From: Heterodontus francisci
Taxonomy: Eukaryota
NCBI RefSeq assembly: GCF_036365525.1
Contig: NC_090379.1
Span: forward strand, 12,047,659 to 12,111,658
DNA: 64,000 nucleotides
Direction: 5' to 3'
This document shows positions 35,806-47,490 of this stretch, piece after piece. The number at the start of each line of letters is the position of its first letter. The stretch's first letter is position 1. Position numbers and translations under genes: made by a program. The notes beneath the pieces were generated by a model, which was not told the DNA's origin, ran no database searches, and saw only the letters and a list, made by a program, of their open reading frames with translations.

Positions 35806-38800
35806 TGAAAACCAGAGGGTGACTGTTCTGGGACATTGTCATCAAGAGGATGCAGCCATTAGCAGCAGGAATCCAAAGGCCATCTAAAGAGGAAGAAAAG
35901 ACAGGGAAGATGTATCCTGGACCCCTTTGCTCTGGATGAGCTGCCCAGGAGCACCTGTTCATGCTCCGGCTCCAATAGGATCATTTTCCTTTACCATCAT
36001 GGACAGGCCATTAATTTCCCCGTCATTACATCCATCTGAGACGCCCCATCACAGAAGCCCCTTGGCCAACATCATACAATAAAAGCTGTCATCATTAACA
36101 TCTTTATCGAACAACACATCCACTCTGCAAACGAAACTGAACTAGTCACCCCTGTGCATTCTGTTGGTGCGTGTCTTGCCGGAGCCTTTGCCTGACCTAG
36201 TGCTCATACACAGTGCTTCCCCCATGTGGCTGCAGCGTGGCTGGTGAAAGGCTGCATGTTTTCACTGGGGGAGACCGAAGGTGGCCTTGCAGGATATCCT
36301 CAAGTAGCTCTGAGCTTTGTGGGCAGGCTTTGGACTGCACCATCTTAGTATGGGCAGCAACAGTTTGGGTTGGCTGGCTGAGCGGCAACTGCAAGGGCAC
36401 AGGTGGAGTGTTCCTAGTAATCATGAGAGCCAGCATTCCCTTTTGAGCACAGATCTGCAGCCATGGTGGCAGCAAGCATGGATCTTATGATGTCCATCTG
36501 AGTTTCCACAGCAGCGCTGTGGCATTGTGTGGCTTCTGGCTGCAGTGGAAACTGAGACAGCAGTCACCAGATGCTGCATCGCGGGTGGGTCCACAAGTGC
36601 TGAAATGCAGTTGGGCACCACTTCCACACTGGAAAGGATGGGTTCGAAGCTCTGCGTGGCGCCCTGTGCCATGTGGAGCCAGACTCCTCTGTCCTCTTTG
36701 ACAGTGACCGGAAGCTGTTTGACGGGGTTGCCAATGCAGGAAGTTATCTCAGTGTGCATATTCATCAGCATTCTCCTGTATGCTGCCTCATCTGAGTCCA
36801 CTGCAACAGATCCCGTCTGTGACCCTCCCCTCCATTGGGCTCGGGGTGAAGGTGTGCCTGGTCCCTGCCAATTCTCTGCTGCTCCATTCTGTTTTGTGCC
36901 CCCCTTGTCCTGCAAGAGGGAGAGCAGAATGTCTGTGATTATATTGCACTGTGTTTGGGTAATATGCCTACCATAGCCGAATAGCTAGAGCTCTGTGGAA
37001 GCAGTGAGAGGTGGATGTGAGGCTTAGCCATGTCTGCTCTGGTGCTCCATCTCCATTCTCTCTCTATTTGCAGCAGTGACAATCAGCAGGAGCCTTCTTT
37101 GATTCAGTGCAGCTTCCCTTTAAGAGCTGCAGGCTAACTCGAACACATGCCATCATCACACACTGTTTGATCCCCTGTTGTGCATGCCAGCCAGCTAACA
37201 GTGCTGGCCTATATGCAGAAATCATGTAAATAAGGAGACAGCACAAAGTTAGCCTCAACAGGAAGACGTGCGGGCAGATCACGATCTGTGACCCTGCACC
37301 TAAAAACGGGCCTTAACAAATTTTTCCCTGTGTTTTCTTTGAATTTTCTTTGATCACTTGAAGATGCCAGGCAGAATGTTGTTTAATCGGGCAGGCAGTT
37401 GTGATGGAACTAGTCAGCTCAAAGTGCCACCACCACTACAAGTACCAGTACTGACCTGTAATCACCAGTAGTGTTACCTTCATGTTATACAGCTTCAAAT
37501 GCTTTCTGCAGACACGATCGCAGTTTACAAGAAGAGCCTGTTATTGTACTGCATGTTCTTCACTGTTCTAGTTGACATTAGATGAAAATGTCAAACGAAC
37601 AAAACCTTTTGCTTCAATCAAATCCCAGCGGCATCTGAAAAGAAGTATCACAATGAGATGTAGAGAAATCCACAAGAGGTTTAGGCACACATTGCTGTCT
37701 ACAAGTATTCGTGACAACAGGACTGGAATGAAGTAGATGAAGAAGGAGGAAGCCCGTGCAATATTGTGACTGTTTAAAAGACGCTATTGTGCATTTTTTT
37801 TTTGTGAACAGCATTGATTCTGTAACAATAAGTACTCAATTGGCTTCAGTCTCTGTGGGTTAGGGAGGGGAAACTAGCCGGAATTCTCATTCCTGATCTA
37901 ATTAACCCTGCTGCAAGTGTACAGTATCAGCATCAGTTGATCACAGTATTGGGCTAGACTGTGGAATCTCTTATTGGCACTTGCTGTCCAGGGCTTACCC
38001 ATGAAGTACAGGCACTGGAGCAAGGTAGCAGAAATTCATTGGAGCTATAGCACCTCAATGACCAGAAGCTACAAGAGAGGATGGACACAAGTTACCTAGC
38101 AAATAGTAATACCAAACTGCTGCATGTGATCAGGTACTGCAGATCTTTGTGTTTTCATTCTGTTTGGCCTCGTATTTAAATAAACAGCATGGACCCATAA
38201 CAGCCTCAGCACACCAATTTATTTGGATTCAAAGTAAAAGGCTTTCAAATGCCCTGACTTATCCTTGGTTTAGAGAAGGTGATCTAGCCACATTAATGAG
38301 CAGTGCTTGTTAGCAGGCACGTACATGATTTCCTAATGTGCATTTTGCAACAGCAAGAGAGGATTTCAATTCCTGAGCTTCCTAATGTTGGTAAGTGCAC
38401 TGACTAAGTGTAGTGTTGAACTGTGCAGACCAGAGATGTCCCAGGTTCAATCTCTCAATCCCACAACCATTCAAAGCTGACCTCAGCCAAGCAGCAGTAG
38501 ACATGCTACAATTGACCACTGCAGCTCCGGGCTATAAATGGGCCACGGTCCTGGTTGCTGGTCTTTTTCCTGTAAAACAAAAAAAAAATGTGGGTGTCTG
38601 ATGAGGATAAGTTCAGATTTGGCTCTGATGCTCTCCATAGTCGGAACAGTCTGCGGACCTTCATTATGCGCGAAGAATTGTCATTTGGGCAAGGAGTTAG
38701 AACCATATCCCAGCACCATTCAGTGCCATCAGGAGAGATGGAGATACATCCTTATTTAAATCTGATTCTACATTGCCCTAAGTGGCTGACATCCCCTCCA

Positions 38801-38941
38801 CTGATCTCATGGTAACTCAACGGTTGAATGTATACTCGAGAATGGGTCAGCATCACTTAAAAAGTATTGAAAATAGTTACAAATCTACTTGCACGAGGTT
38901 TTAATGAAATTTTAATTGCTTGTTTGATTTGTTGTTTGAAG

Positions 38942-38992
38942 GCAATCCTCCAGATGCTTACTTTCATGGTTTTTTCTACCTTTTTTCAGTTA
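38942..38992 (+). CDS. TTC7B: TTC7B 51-nt alternative cassette exon
   Basis: U-rich tract plus gaAG acceptor and consensus GTAAGT donor. Phase 1-1, no stop codon, encodes (G)NPPDAYFHGFFYLFSV(S). Resembles the 17-aa insert I recall in the long mammalian TTC7B isoform (from memory, not checked). Confidence 0.8.
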
Positions 38993-39296
38993 GTAAGTAA
39001 GAGTTCATTTACAGCCCTACTGGTTTGATTCAGTCACGTTATCGTCTGCCTTCGAATGTGACACTGACTCTCCATCAGCAGTAGCGTGATCTAGTGCTAC
39101 AAGCCAAGGCTGCTGCTATTTGTCCCCATCCCGTGCTCTGCCTCCTCAGGCCCTGTGCGATCATGAGATCTGAATGCACTCAGCCAGCAATATCTATTTC
39201 AGTCTATTAAATATAGCTACACTTGCCCGTCTCATGATGCAACGCAGTCTGCCCTCCTCTTTTCTCACTTCCCTCTCTCCCCTCCATCCCCTACCC

Positions 39297-39419
39297 TGCA
39301 TGTGCTCAGAGGCTGATGTTGTGCAGTTGTTTAGCATTGCTGGTCTGCTGCTGGTCTGCACATAGCCGTTTTGTTTGTCTCTCTGTGCCTGTCCAACTCG
39401 AGCCTATTTATTATGCATG
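39297..39419 (+). promoter_or_regulatory. Candidate RBFOX intronic splicing enhancers (two TGCATG) downstream of the cassette exon
   Basis: TGCATG at 39297-39302 and 39414-39419, about 300 and 420 nt downstream of the 51-nt exon, in repeat-free sequence. Confidence 0.45.
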
Positions 39420-41751
39420 AGTCATATCTGTAAGATTCAGATCTTGATCGATAGAAAACGTTAGTGCAGTTAAATGTTTTATTGATTGAAATGTTAATCC
39501 AGGCAAGTAGGACAGTATAGCGGGAGTAAATTAGTTAATTGTAGCATTAGATACACGATATATCAAATCTATAATGTGATTATTTTAACTCAGTCATGTC
39601 AGTCTAATAAGCCATAGAAATTTGATCAATTGTTTTTAAATATATTTTTCTTAATATTTCTCATAAGATGTTCCCTGTTTTTGCTGCATAGCTTCTGAGA
39701 GAATTTTAAATTTTGCTTTTTTGGGGGGTTTACCTTGAAACTTAAAAGTAGTAGCAAGTAAAAACAAAGTGTTAAGATTTGAAATGTACAGGTTTAACAT
39801 TATTGAACCATGAAAGAATCATAAACTAAAAGTAGAAAATGCTGGAAATACATAGCAGAGCAATCAACATCTGAAAGAGGAAGATTAATGGCGTTTTTAT
39901 CAGAACCCTACACTGTCAGTCTGGGACTGTCCCACCGTGGAACTTGCCAGCAAAAAAGGGGAGGATCTTACAATGGATAACATCTGGGTACCTAGCAACC
40001 AAGCACCTTCCTCAATAAAGCAACTTCTCAAAATTGGCCCACTGGTTAAACCCAAGCGGGGTAATTCTGTTCCTTGTACCATAGTGTAAAACAGGTGGTA
40101 GTGAGTCCGCAGCGCAGTTCACATCTCTCCCCATTTTAATTTCCATTGACTTTAACTATCAGGAAATATGTAAAACAGGCTGCTGACTCGCTATCAGCTA
40201 ATTTACACTAACACAAGGTCAAGAAGCGACATATCAGCTTCTACATAATATCTTAATCCAAGATAATGCCCACCTGAATGTGCACTGGCAGTGGTTCCCT
40301 GTTTAAAAGTATTTTAGAATACTTTACATATATCTTTTGTGTTTTTTTTTGTCTGATTGTAAACATGACACAATATACATCCTGGTTACAGAATACTCAG
40401 TTTTCTTTTGGATTTTTAACCCTGTTTAAGTCCTCTACATGCTTTCTGAATGCATATTCTGGGATCTAGATGATGGGCAGGCAACTGTAGACATGCTTGT
40501 CCTCCAGCAGGGTATCACTGTTGGGTAAATTACATGCCTTGCTGCAACAACAATTAATTCACACACTTCCAATCCATTCACAAGCAAATTGCTTCATCAG
40601 TGATCCCCAGGGGAGGATAGGAAGACTGTGTATCCACTTAAGGAACAGACGCATGTATAAGCAAGTAGGATAATTCCATTCTGTACACAGAGGGAGTGAC
40701 AGGTTTATAAAATGCAGCCAGTTTACATATTAACAGTCAGCTTCAAGTGACTTTTCGATGTGGGTTTGGATATAAGATCACCTCACGGATTTAATTTCAC
40801 ACAGTATGAACAAGAATAACTGCAAACAGTGTAAATGCTTTGTAATGCTGGTAAAGTCCTAAATTAAAGGCAATCCAACATGGGAAAGTTTTAAACTTTA
40901 CCAACATTTAAAGAAAAAAAATCACTCCGGTTCCTGGATGGGAGAGGTATGGAGGTAACAGCAAAACCCAGCAGGAGTACCTGCAGTAAAACTGCACACT
41001 GAGCAGGATATACACAGGCAGTGTAGGCAGCATCTACAAACGAGAAATTAGCCAAAAATAAATCCAGTTAAGCCAGTGCGTTGCTGGGCTCGATTGCAGC
41101 TTACTTTCACTGTGATCCCATAAAGGCTTTATCTGAAAGATTGAGTAGGTTTGATACCATCAGGAATCATCAATTAATCTCATCTTGTTAGAGAAGAAGT
41201 AAATGCTGACCTGTTTTAGTTGCACTCAATTACAAGACCTGCATTTCATTTATTCCCATTCATAAGAATTTATTTTTTAAATTGTACGTCCTATTACTAT
41301 TTCATTAGCACTTCTCCAAACAGCTAATAAAAATACAGCTCTAAAACCTTTTAGTCTCTTGCTCAGTGCAGTTTTAGCTAAAATACAAAACTGAAAAGAA
41401 ATCCTGATTAAACAACCTGCATTTGTATAACACCTTTAACATAGCGAAACAGCCCAAGGCACCTCACAGGAGCTTAATCAGACAAAATTTAACAATGAGT
41501 CACATAAGGTGGTACGAGGACAGGTAACTGAAAGCTTGGACAAAGAGGTAGATTTCCAAGCGCATTAAACTCTGATACAGTTCTACAAAGGACAGCTTAG
41601 ATTGGCAGGTGAAGGGCTGCTTCGGTGTGTGGTTGTTGAGTCTAATGATGTGAGGTACTGTACCGTCTCATTAGTGCATCTGTTTTGAGTCCTTGTAAAA
41701 CTTTGGCCCTGTGTTGCTGTTAATTATCTTCTTTCTTGCACCCCCCTGTAG

Positions 41752-41892
41752 GTTCGGTGCATGCCACGTCAATCGCAGCCTCAAGAGTGGAGCAAGCGCT
41801 GTCTGAGGTGGCCTCATCCTTGCACAGCAGTATGCCGAAGCAGGGGCCAATGCACCCCTGGATGACCCTGGCCCAGATCTGGTTGCATGCAG
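41752..41892 (+). CDS. TTC7B: TTC7B internal coding exon (141 nt)
   Basis: Pyrimidine tract plus tgtAG acceptor and GTtaac donor. Encodes [46 protein letters not shown], phase 1-1. Confidence 0.95.
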
Positions 41893-42053
41893 GTTAACAT
41901 GCGGTGATTCTGCACCGCTATTTTGATTTCTATTTTGTGAGGTTAAAATGATGCAAAGCGACATTCCAACACACACTTTTTTCAAAATATGAGAATTTTC
42001 TGTAAAATCCTCCAGCATTGCTGGTGGTGCATCCTGTTAAGTCAGAAGATATG

Positions 42054-42826
42054 GGGCTGAACTTTACGTGCGGATGTGCCATCCCTGAGCCCCCTTAGGG
42101 GCTCATTTAAATAAGAGGAGGCGGAGTGGCTGCCCCCAGTGACATAGAGGGGGTGGCCGCTGTGTCCCCAGCAACGGTGTCGGGTGCCACTGCGCAGGCA
42201 CTGGCGCCATTTTTAAAGGGCTTTAAGCCCTTAACACGGATTTAAATTTATAATGGAACATTGGTGCCAATTTTTATTAAATCAACACTTATGTTTTATG
42301 TTCTGGAGGCCCTTCCCCAACCCCACAATGGTCTTTTAATTGGCCCTAATTGACAAAAAACACTTTATTCCCTAACTGAACTACCCCCCCCAACCTGCAA
42401 TCATTTGCCCTTCAACCCTTCCCACCATTCACAAAACCGATAAAAAATTGATTTCCCCACTCCCCCACTCCCCCACCCCTCCTGCCCTGAGAATTTTAGA
42501 CCTCCCCCTCCCCACCAGATTCTCACCTCGAAACTCCGTATGGAGTTCCGAAGGCGTGCGAGGGACAAACGGCGGCCATAAAACCGGTGTGGGATGGCTG
42601 CCGCCTGCAGGTAAGCTTATTAGCATCTCATTTCGGTTCATTTGAATATGCTGATGAAGGGCCTGCTGTCAGGCAACCGGGGTGGCCGCACCGAGGTCCC
42701 TCCGCTGCCGGTAATATGCGGCAGGCCTCTCTTGACGTCGCAGGTCGAGGCAGACATCTCCCCGCAGAATTTTACCGGCCCCTGCACCACGACCCATGGC
42801 TTCGAGGGGCGGGTAAAATTCAGCCC
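42054..42826. mobile_element. Non-autonomous DNA transposon (PIF/Harbinger-type MITE)
   Basis: TIRs GGGCTGAACTTTAC and GTAAAATTCAGCCC (13/14 match). 3-bp TSD ATG at 42051-42053 and 42827-42829. GC-rich, no transposase. Confidence 0.8.
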
Positions 42827-42884
42827 ATGCAGTTTTACAATGACACAAGCTTTTGACCATGTATTGCACAATGTGCATTAACTG

Positions 42885-44130
42885 AAGCTTGCATTTATAT
42901 GGTGCCTTTAATGTTGAAAAGCTTCACAAATTGCTTCACAGAGGCGCAAGGAGAAACAAACACCAAGCTAGTGGTTAAGTGGTATATTTTAAGGAGGATC
43001 TTAAGGAGAGTGAGGTGGAGAATCAGAGAGGTTTAGTGAAGGAAATAAAGAATGGGGAAACTAGGAGGCTGAAAGGAAGGTAGTGGGTGCACAGGTTTGG
43101 GAGGAACAGATAGTTCTGGGGATTAGGGACAGTGGTGTTGTAAAGTTGGTGAATGTTTTAGAGATGAGGAGCGGCAAAGCAATGGAGGGATTTAAAAGCA
43201 AGTTAAGCGCTTTAAATTTCAATTATTGGGGAATCAAGATTTCATCTAGGTCAGTTAGGGCAGGAGTAGTGAATAAACTAGACTTAATGAAGGAAAAGAC
43301 AGGGCAGCAGAACTTTGGATAATTTGAAGTTTCCAAACTTCAAGGTTGGGAGGCCAGTCAGGCAAACATAGGAATAATTGAATCTGTAGGTGACAAAGGC
43401 ACGGATAAGAATTTAGCAGCTGATAGGCTGTGGCAGGTTTGGAGGTGGGTGATAGGAAGTAGAGGTAGATGGTCTTTGTAATGGACAGAATGAGAGGTCA
43501 GCTGGACTTCGTATACGGTGCTGAGATTGCAGTCTGGTTCAGCCTATGATAGAACCGGTAGGGTGATGGAATTGGTGTCAAGCAGGAACTGAATATGATA
43601 GCTTTGGTTTTCCCACAGTTTAACTGGAGGAAATTGCAGCTCATCGAAGACTGGATGTTTGATAGCTTAGAGGGAGTGAAGGTGTCCAGAGAGGTAGAGT
43701 TGAGTGCCATCAGCGTATATGTTGAAGCTGACTACATGTCTGTGGATGATGATGCTGGGGGGCATCAAGTAGATGCAGATGAGAGGAGGTCCAAAGATAG
43801 ATTCTTGGGCAAAGGGGTTCCTGAGGTGACAATAGAGAGTTGGGAAGAGAAGCCATTTCTTCCAATGCTCTGGATAAAATTGGATAGGTAAGAGTGGTAT
43901 CAAGTGAGGGCAGTCCCAGCGGGCTGTACAGCAGAGGGGAAGTATTGGAGGAGGATGGTGTGATTGAGGCTCCAGAGAGGACAAGGTGAAGATAATGTAC
44001 CACAGTTATTTAAAAAAAAAGTTGTTTATGTCTTTAGCTAGAGCTGTTTGGTTCTGTGGGAAACCTATTTGAACAGATTCAGATGAGTGCAGGAAAGGTG
44101 GACATCTGGAAAGCAACAGCATGATGAAAG
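42885..44130 (-). mobile_element. Old L2-like LINE fragment
   Basis: QESIFGPPL...SFNIYADGTQLYLS and NFLQLNCGKTKAI (L2 RT). L2 tail at about 42890. Confidence 0.75.
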
Positions 44131-44608
44131 GTCTTGGAGAGAATTAAATTCTGTGATGCTGTGTATATTTGCATATAGCGTATTATTTGATGAGAGGAGG
44201 GTTAGAATAAATCAGACAGTTTCTACAGGAGTAAACACTAGAGAGTGGTTGATGTATTTATCAAAAAAAAATCCAGGTTCCAATGCTCAAGATTTGTTCT
44301 AAAAATGTGAAAAATTATTTTGTTTCAAAAATCAGTGTTGCAAAATGGACAAAATGGTTGGAAACTGCTTATGATGCCAAATTTGTTTATCTGTTCCTAA
44401 AATTGTCAGCAGAAAGGGGTATGTGAAAATAAAGTCAAGCCAAGATAACTGAGCTGGTACTAAGGGAATTCTGCTTGTCAGAAGTGCTATCTTTCAAATA
44501 AAATATTAAATCAAGGCTCCATCTACTTTCTCAGGTAGATGTGAAAGTTTCCATGACACTATTCTGACTGACATTATCTCTCAACCAAGACCACTGAAAC
44601 AGATTATC

Positions 44609-44790
44609 ATTTTTAACATTTCCAATTCTGACCACCACATCGATTGCAGCCTCAAGAATGGAGCATGCACTGTCACAGGTCATTGACTTGAAATATTAAC
44701 TCTTTCTCCACCGAAGCTTCCACACCTGCTCAGTATTTCCAGAAGTTGTGTTTATATCAGATTTCCAGCGGTCGCAGTATTTTGCTCTTA
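44609..44790 (+). mobile_element. Penelope terminal fragment carrying a TTC7B exon-fragment copy, inserted in a Deu-SINE
   Basis: TTTCCAATTCTGAC [insert] AGGTCATTGACTTGAAATATTAACTCT...CAGATTTCCAGC. Deu-SINE halves lie at about 44460-44608 and 44795-44950. Confidence 0.65.
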
Positions 44791-44949
44791 TAGACATTTG
44801 TCTCCTTGCTGTTGTGGGACCTTGCAGAGTTCACATTGGTTGCTGCATTTGCCTACAAAATGACAGTGACTACACTTCAAAAGTAATTTATTAGCTACTT
44901 TAGGATACAAGTGGGCTTATTTAGCATATTGGTACAAATGCACTATAAA

Positions 44950-47490
44950 TGAAGAATGTGGGAGAGCATGCCAGGAGCAGCACCAGGTATACCTAAAAAT
45001 GAGATGTCAGCCTGGTGAAGCTACAACACAGGACTACATGGATGCCAAACAGCGGAAGCAGCATGCGGTAGACAGAGCTAAGCGATCCCACAACCGTCGG
45101 ATCAGATCAAAGATCTGCAGTGCTGCCATATCCAGCCTTGAATAGTGTGGACAATTAAACAACTAACGGGAAGAGGAGGCTACAAATATCCCATTCTCAA
45201 TGATGGGGGAGCCCAGCACATCAGTGCAAAAGGAAAGACTGAAGCATTTTGGACCATCTTCAGCCAGAAATACCAAATGGATGATCCATCTTGGCCTCCT
45301 CCTGGGGTCCCCAGTATCACAGATGCCAGACTTCAGCCAATCCAGTTCACTCCATGTGATATCAAGAAACGGCTGAAGACACTGGATACTGCAAGGCTAT
45401 GGCCCCTGATAGCATTCTGTCAACAGTACTGAAGACTTATGCTCCATAACTAGCCACGCCTCTAGCCAAGCTGAACCAGTACAGCTACAACACAGGCATC
45501 TACCCGACAATGTGGAAAATTGCCCAGGTATGTCCTATCCACGAAAACCAGGGAAAATCCAATCCGGCCATTTACCATCCCATCAGTCTACTCTCGATCA
45601 TCAGCAAACTGATGGAAGGTGTCGCTGACAGTGCTATCAAGCACCACTTAAACAGCAATAACCTGCTCACCGATACTCCTTTTTTAAAAATTCATTCATG
45701 GGATGTGGGTGACGCTGGCCAGGCCAGCATTTATTGCCCATCCCTCATTGCCCTTGAGAAGGTGGTGGTGAGCTGCCTTCTTGAACCGCTGCAGTCCATG
45801 TGGGGTAGGTACACCCACAGTGCTGTTAGGAAGGGAGTTCCAGGATTTTGACCCAGCGACAGTGAAGTCAGGATGGTGTGTGACTTGGAGGGGAACCTGC
45901 AAGTGGTGGTGTTCCCATGCATTTGCTGCCCTTGTCCTTCTAGTTGGTAGAGGTCGTGGGTTTGGAAGGTGCTGTCTAAGGAGCCTTGGTGCGTTGCTGC
46001 AGTGCATCTTGTAGATGGTGCACACTGCTGCCACTGTGCGTCGGTGGTGGAGGGAGTGAATGTTTGTAGATGGGGTGCCAATCAATCGGGCTGCTTTAAC
46101 CTGCAAAGTGTCAAGCTTCTTGAGTGTTGGAGTTGCACCCATCCAAGAAAGTGGAGAGTATTCCATCACGCTCCTGACTTGTGCCTTGTAGATGGTGGAC
46201 AGGCTTTGGGGAGTCAGGAGGTGAGTCACTTGCCGCAGAATTCCTAGCTAAAGTCATGAGGTTGACCTGATTACAGCCTTGGGCCAGACATGGACAAAGG
46301 AGCTGAACTCAAGGTGAGATGAGAGTGTTTACCCTAGATATCAAGGCAGTATTTGACTGAGTATGGCAACAAGGGGCCCTAACAAAACTGGAGTCAGTGG
46401 GAATCAGTTGAAAACTCTTCACTGGTTGGAGTCGTACCTTGCACAAAGGAAGATGGTTGTGGTTGTTGGAGATCAATCATCTCAACTCCTGCAATGATGT
46501 TCTGGAGCTTCTCAGGGTAGTGTCTCAGGCCCAACCATCTTCAGCTGCTTCATTAATGACCTTTCCTCCATCATAAGTTCAGAAGTGGTGTTGTTCACTG
46601 ATGATTGCACAGTGTTCAGTACCATTCACAATTCCTCAGATGTTGAAGCAATCTGTGCTAATATACAGCAAGACATGGGCAACTTCAGGCTTGGGCTGAT
46701 AAGTGGCAAGTAAAATTCGTACCACACAAGTGTCAGGCAATGGCAATCACCAATCAGAGAGAAGGAAACCATCTTCTCTTGACATTCAATGGCATTACCA
46801 TCACTGAATCCCACACTAACAACATCCTGGGGGTTACCATTGACCAGAAACTGAACTGGAGCAGCCATATAAATACCGTGGCTACAAGAACAGGTCAAAG
46901 GCTAGGAATCCTGCGGTGAGTAACTCACCTCCTGACTCCCTAAAGCTTGTCCACCTTTTACAAGGCACAAGTCAGGAGTGTGATGGAATACTCTCCACTT
47001 GCCTGGATGGGTGCAGCTCCAACAACACTCAAGAATCTTGACACTTTCCCGGATAAAGCAGCCCGCTTGATTGGCACCCCATCTACAAACATTCACTCCC
47101 TCCACCACCGACGCACAGTGGCAGCAGTGTGTACCATCTACATGATGCACTGCAGCAATGCACCAAGGCTCCTTAGACAGCACCTTCCAAACCCACGACC
47201 TCTACCACCTAGAAGGACAAGGGCAGCAGATGCATGAGAGCACCACCACCTGCAAGTTCCCCTCCAAGCCACACACCATCCTGACTTGGAACTATATTGT
47301 TGTTCCTTCATTGTCGCTGGGTCAAAATCCTAGAACTCCCTTCCTAACACACTGTGGGTGTACCTACCCCACATGGACTGCAGTGGTTCAAGAAGGCAGC
47401 TCACCACCACCTTCTCAAGGGCAACTAGGGATGGGCAATAAATGCAGGCCTAGCCAGCGATGTCCATATCCCAGAAACAAATAAAAAAAA
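44950..47490 (+). mobile_element. 5'-truncated family 2 LINE with an antisense family 2 insert (about 45678-46247)
   Basis: MWKIAQVCPIH...PISLLSIISKLMEG, FTDD and YKAQVRSVMEYSPLAW, with tail and poly-A. Confidence 0.88.

Noticed and set aside
38385-38560. LF-SINE-like ancient element upstream of the cassette exon (similar relics at about 25330, 26270, 56780 and 63590)
   Set aside because: A B-box-like GGTTCAATC and short shared motifs are visible, but the sequence is too degraded to classify by eye.
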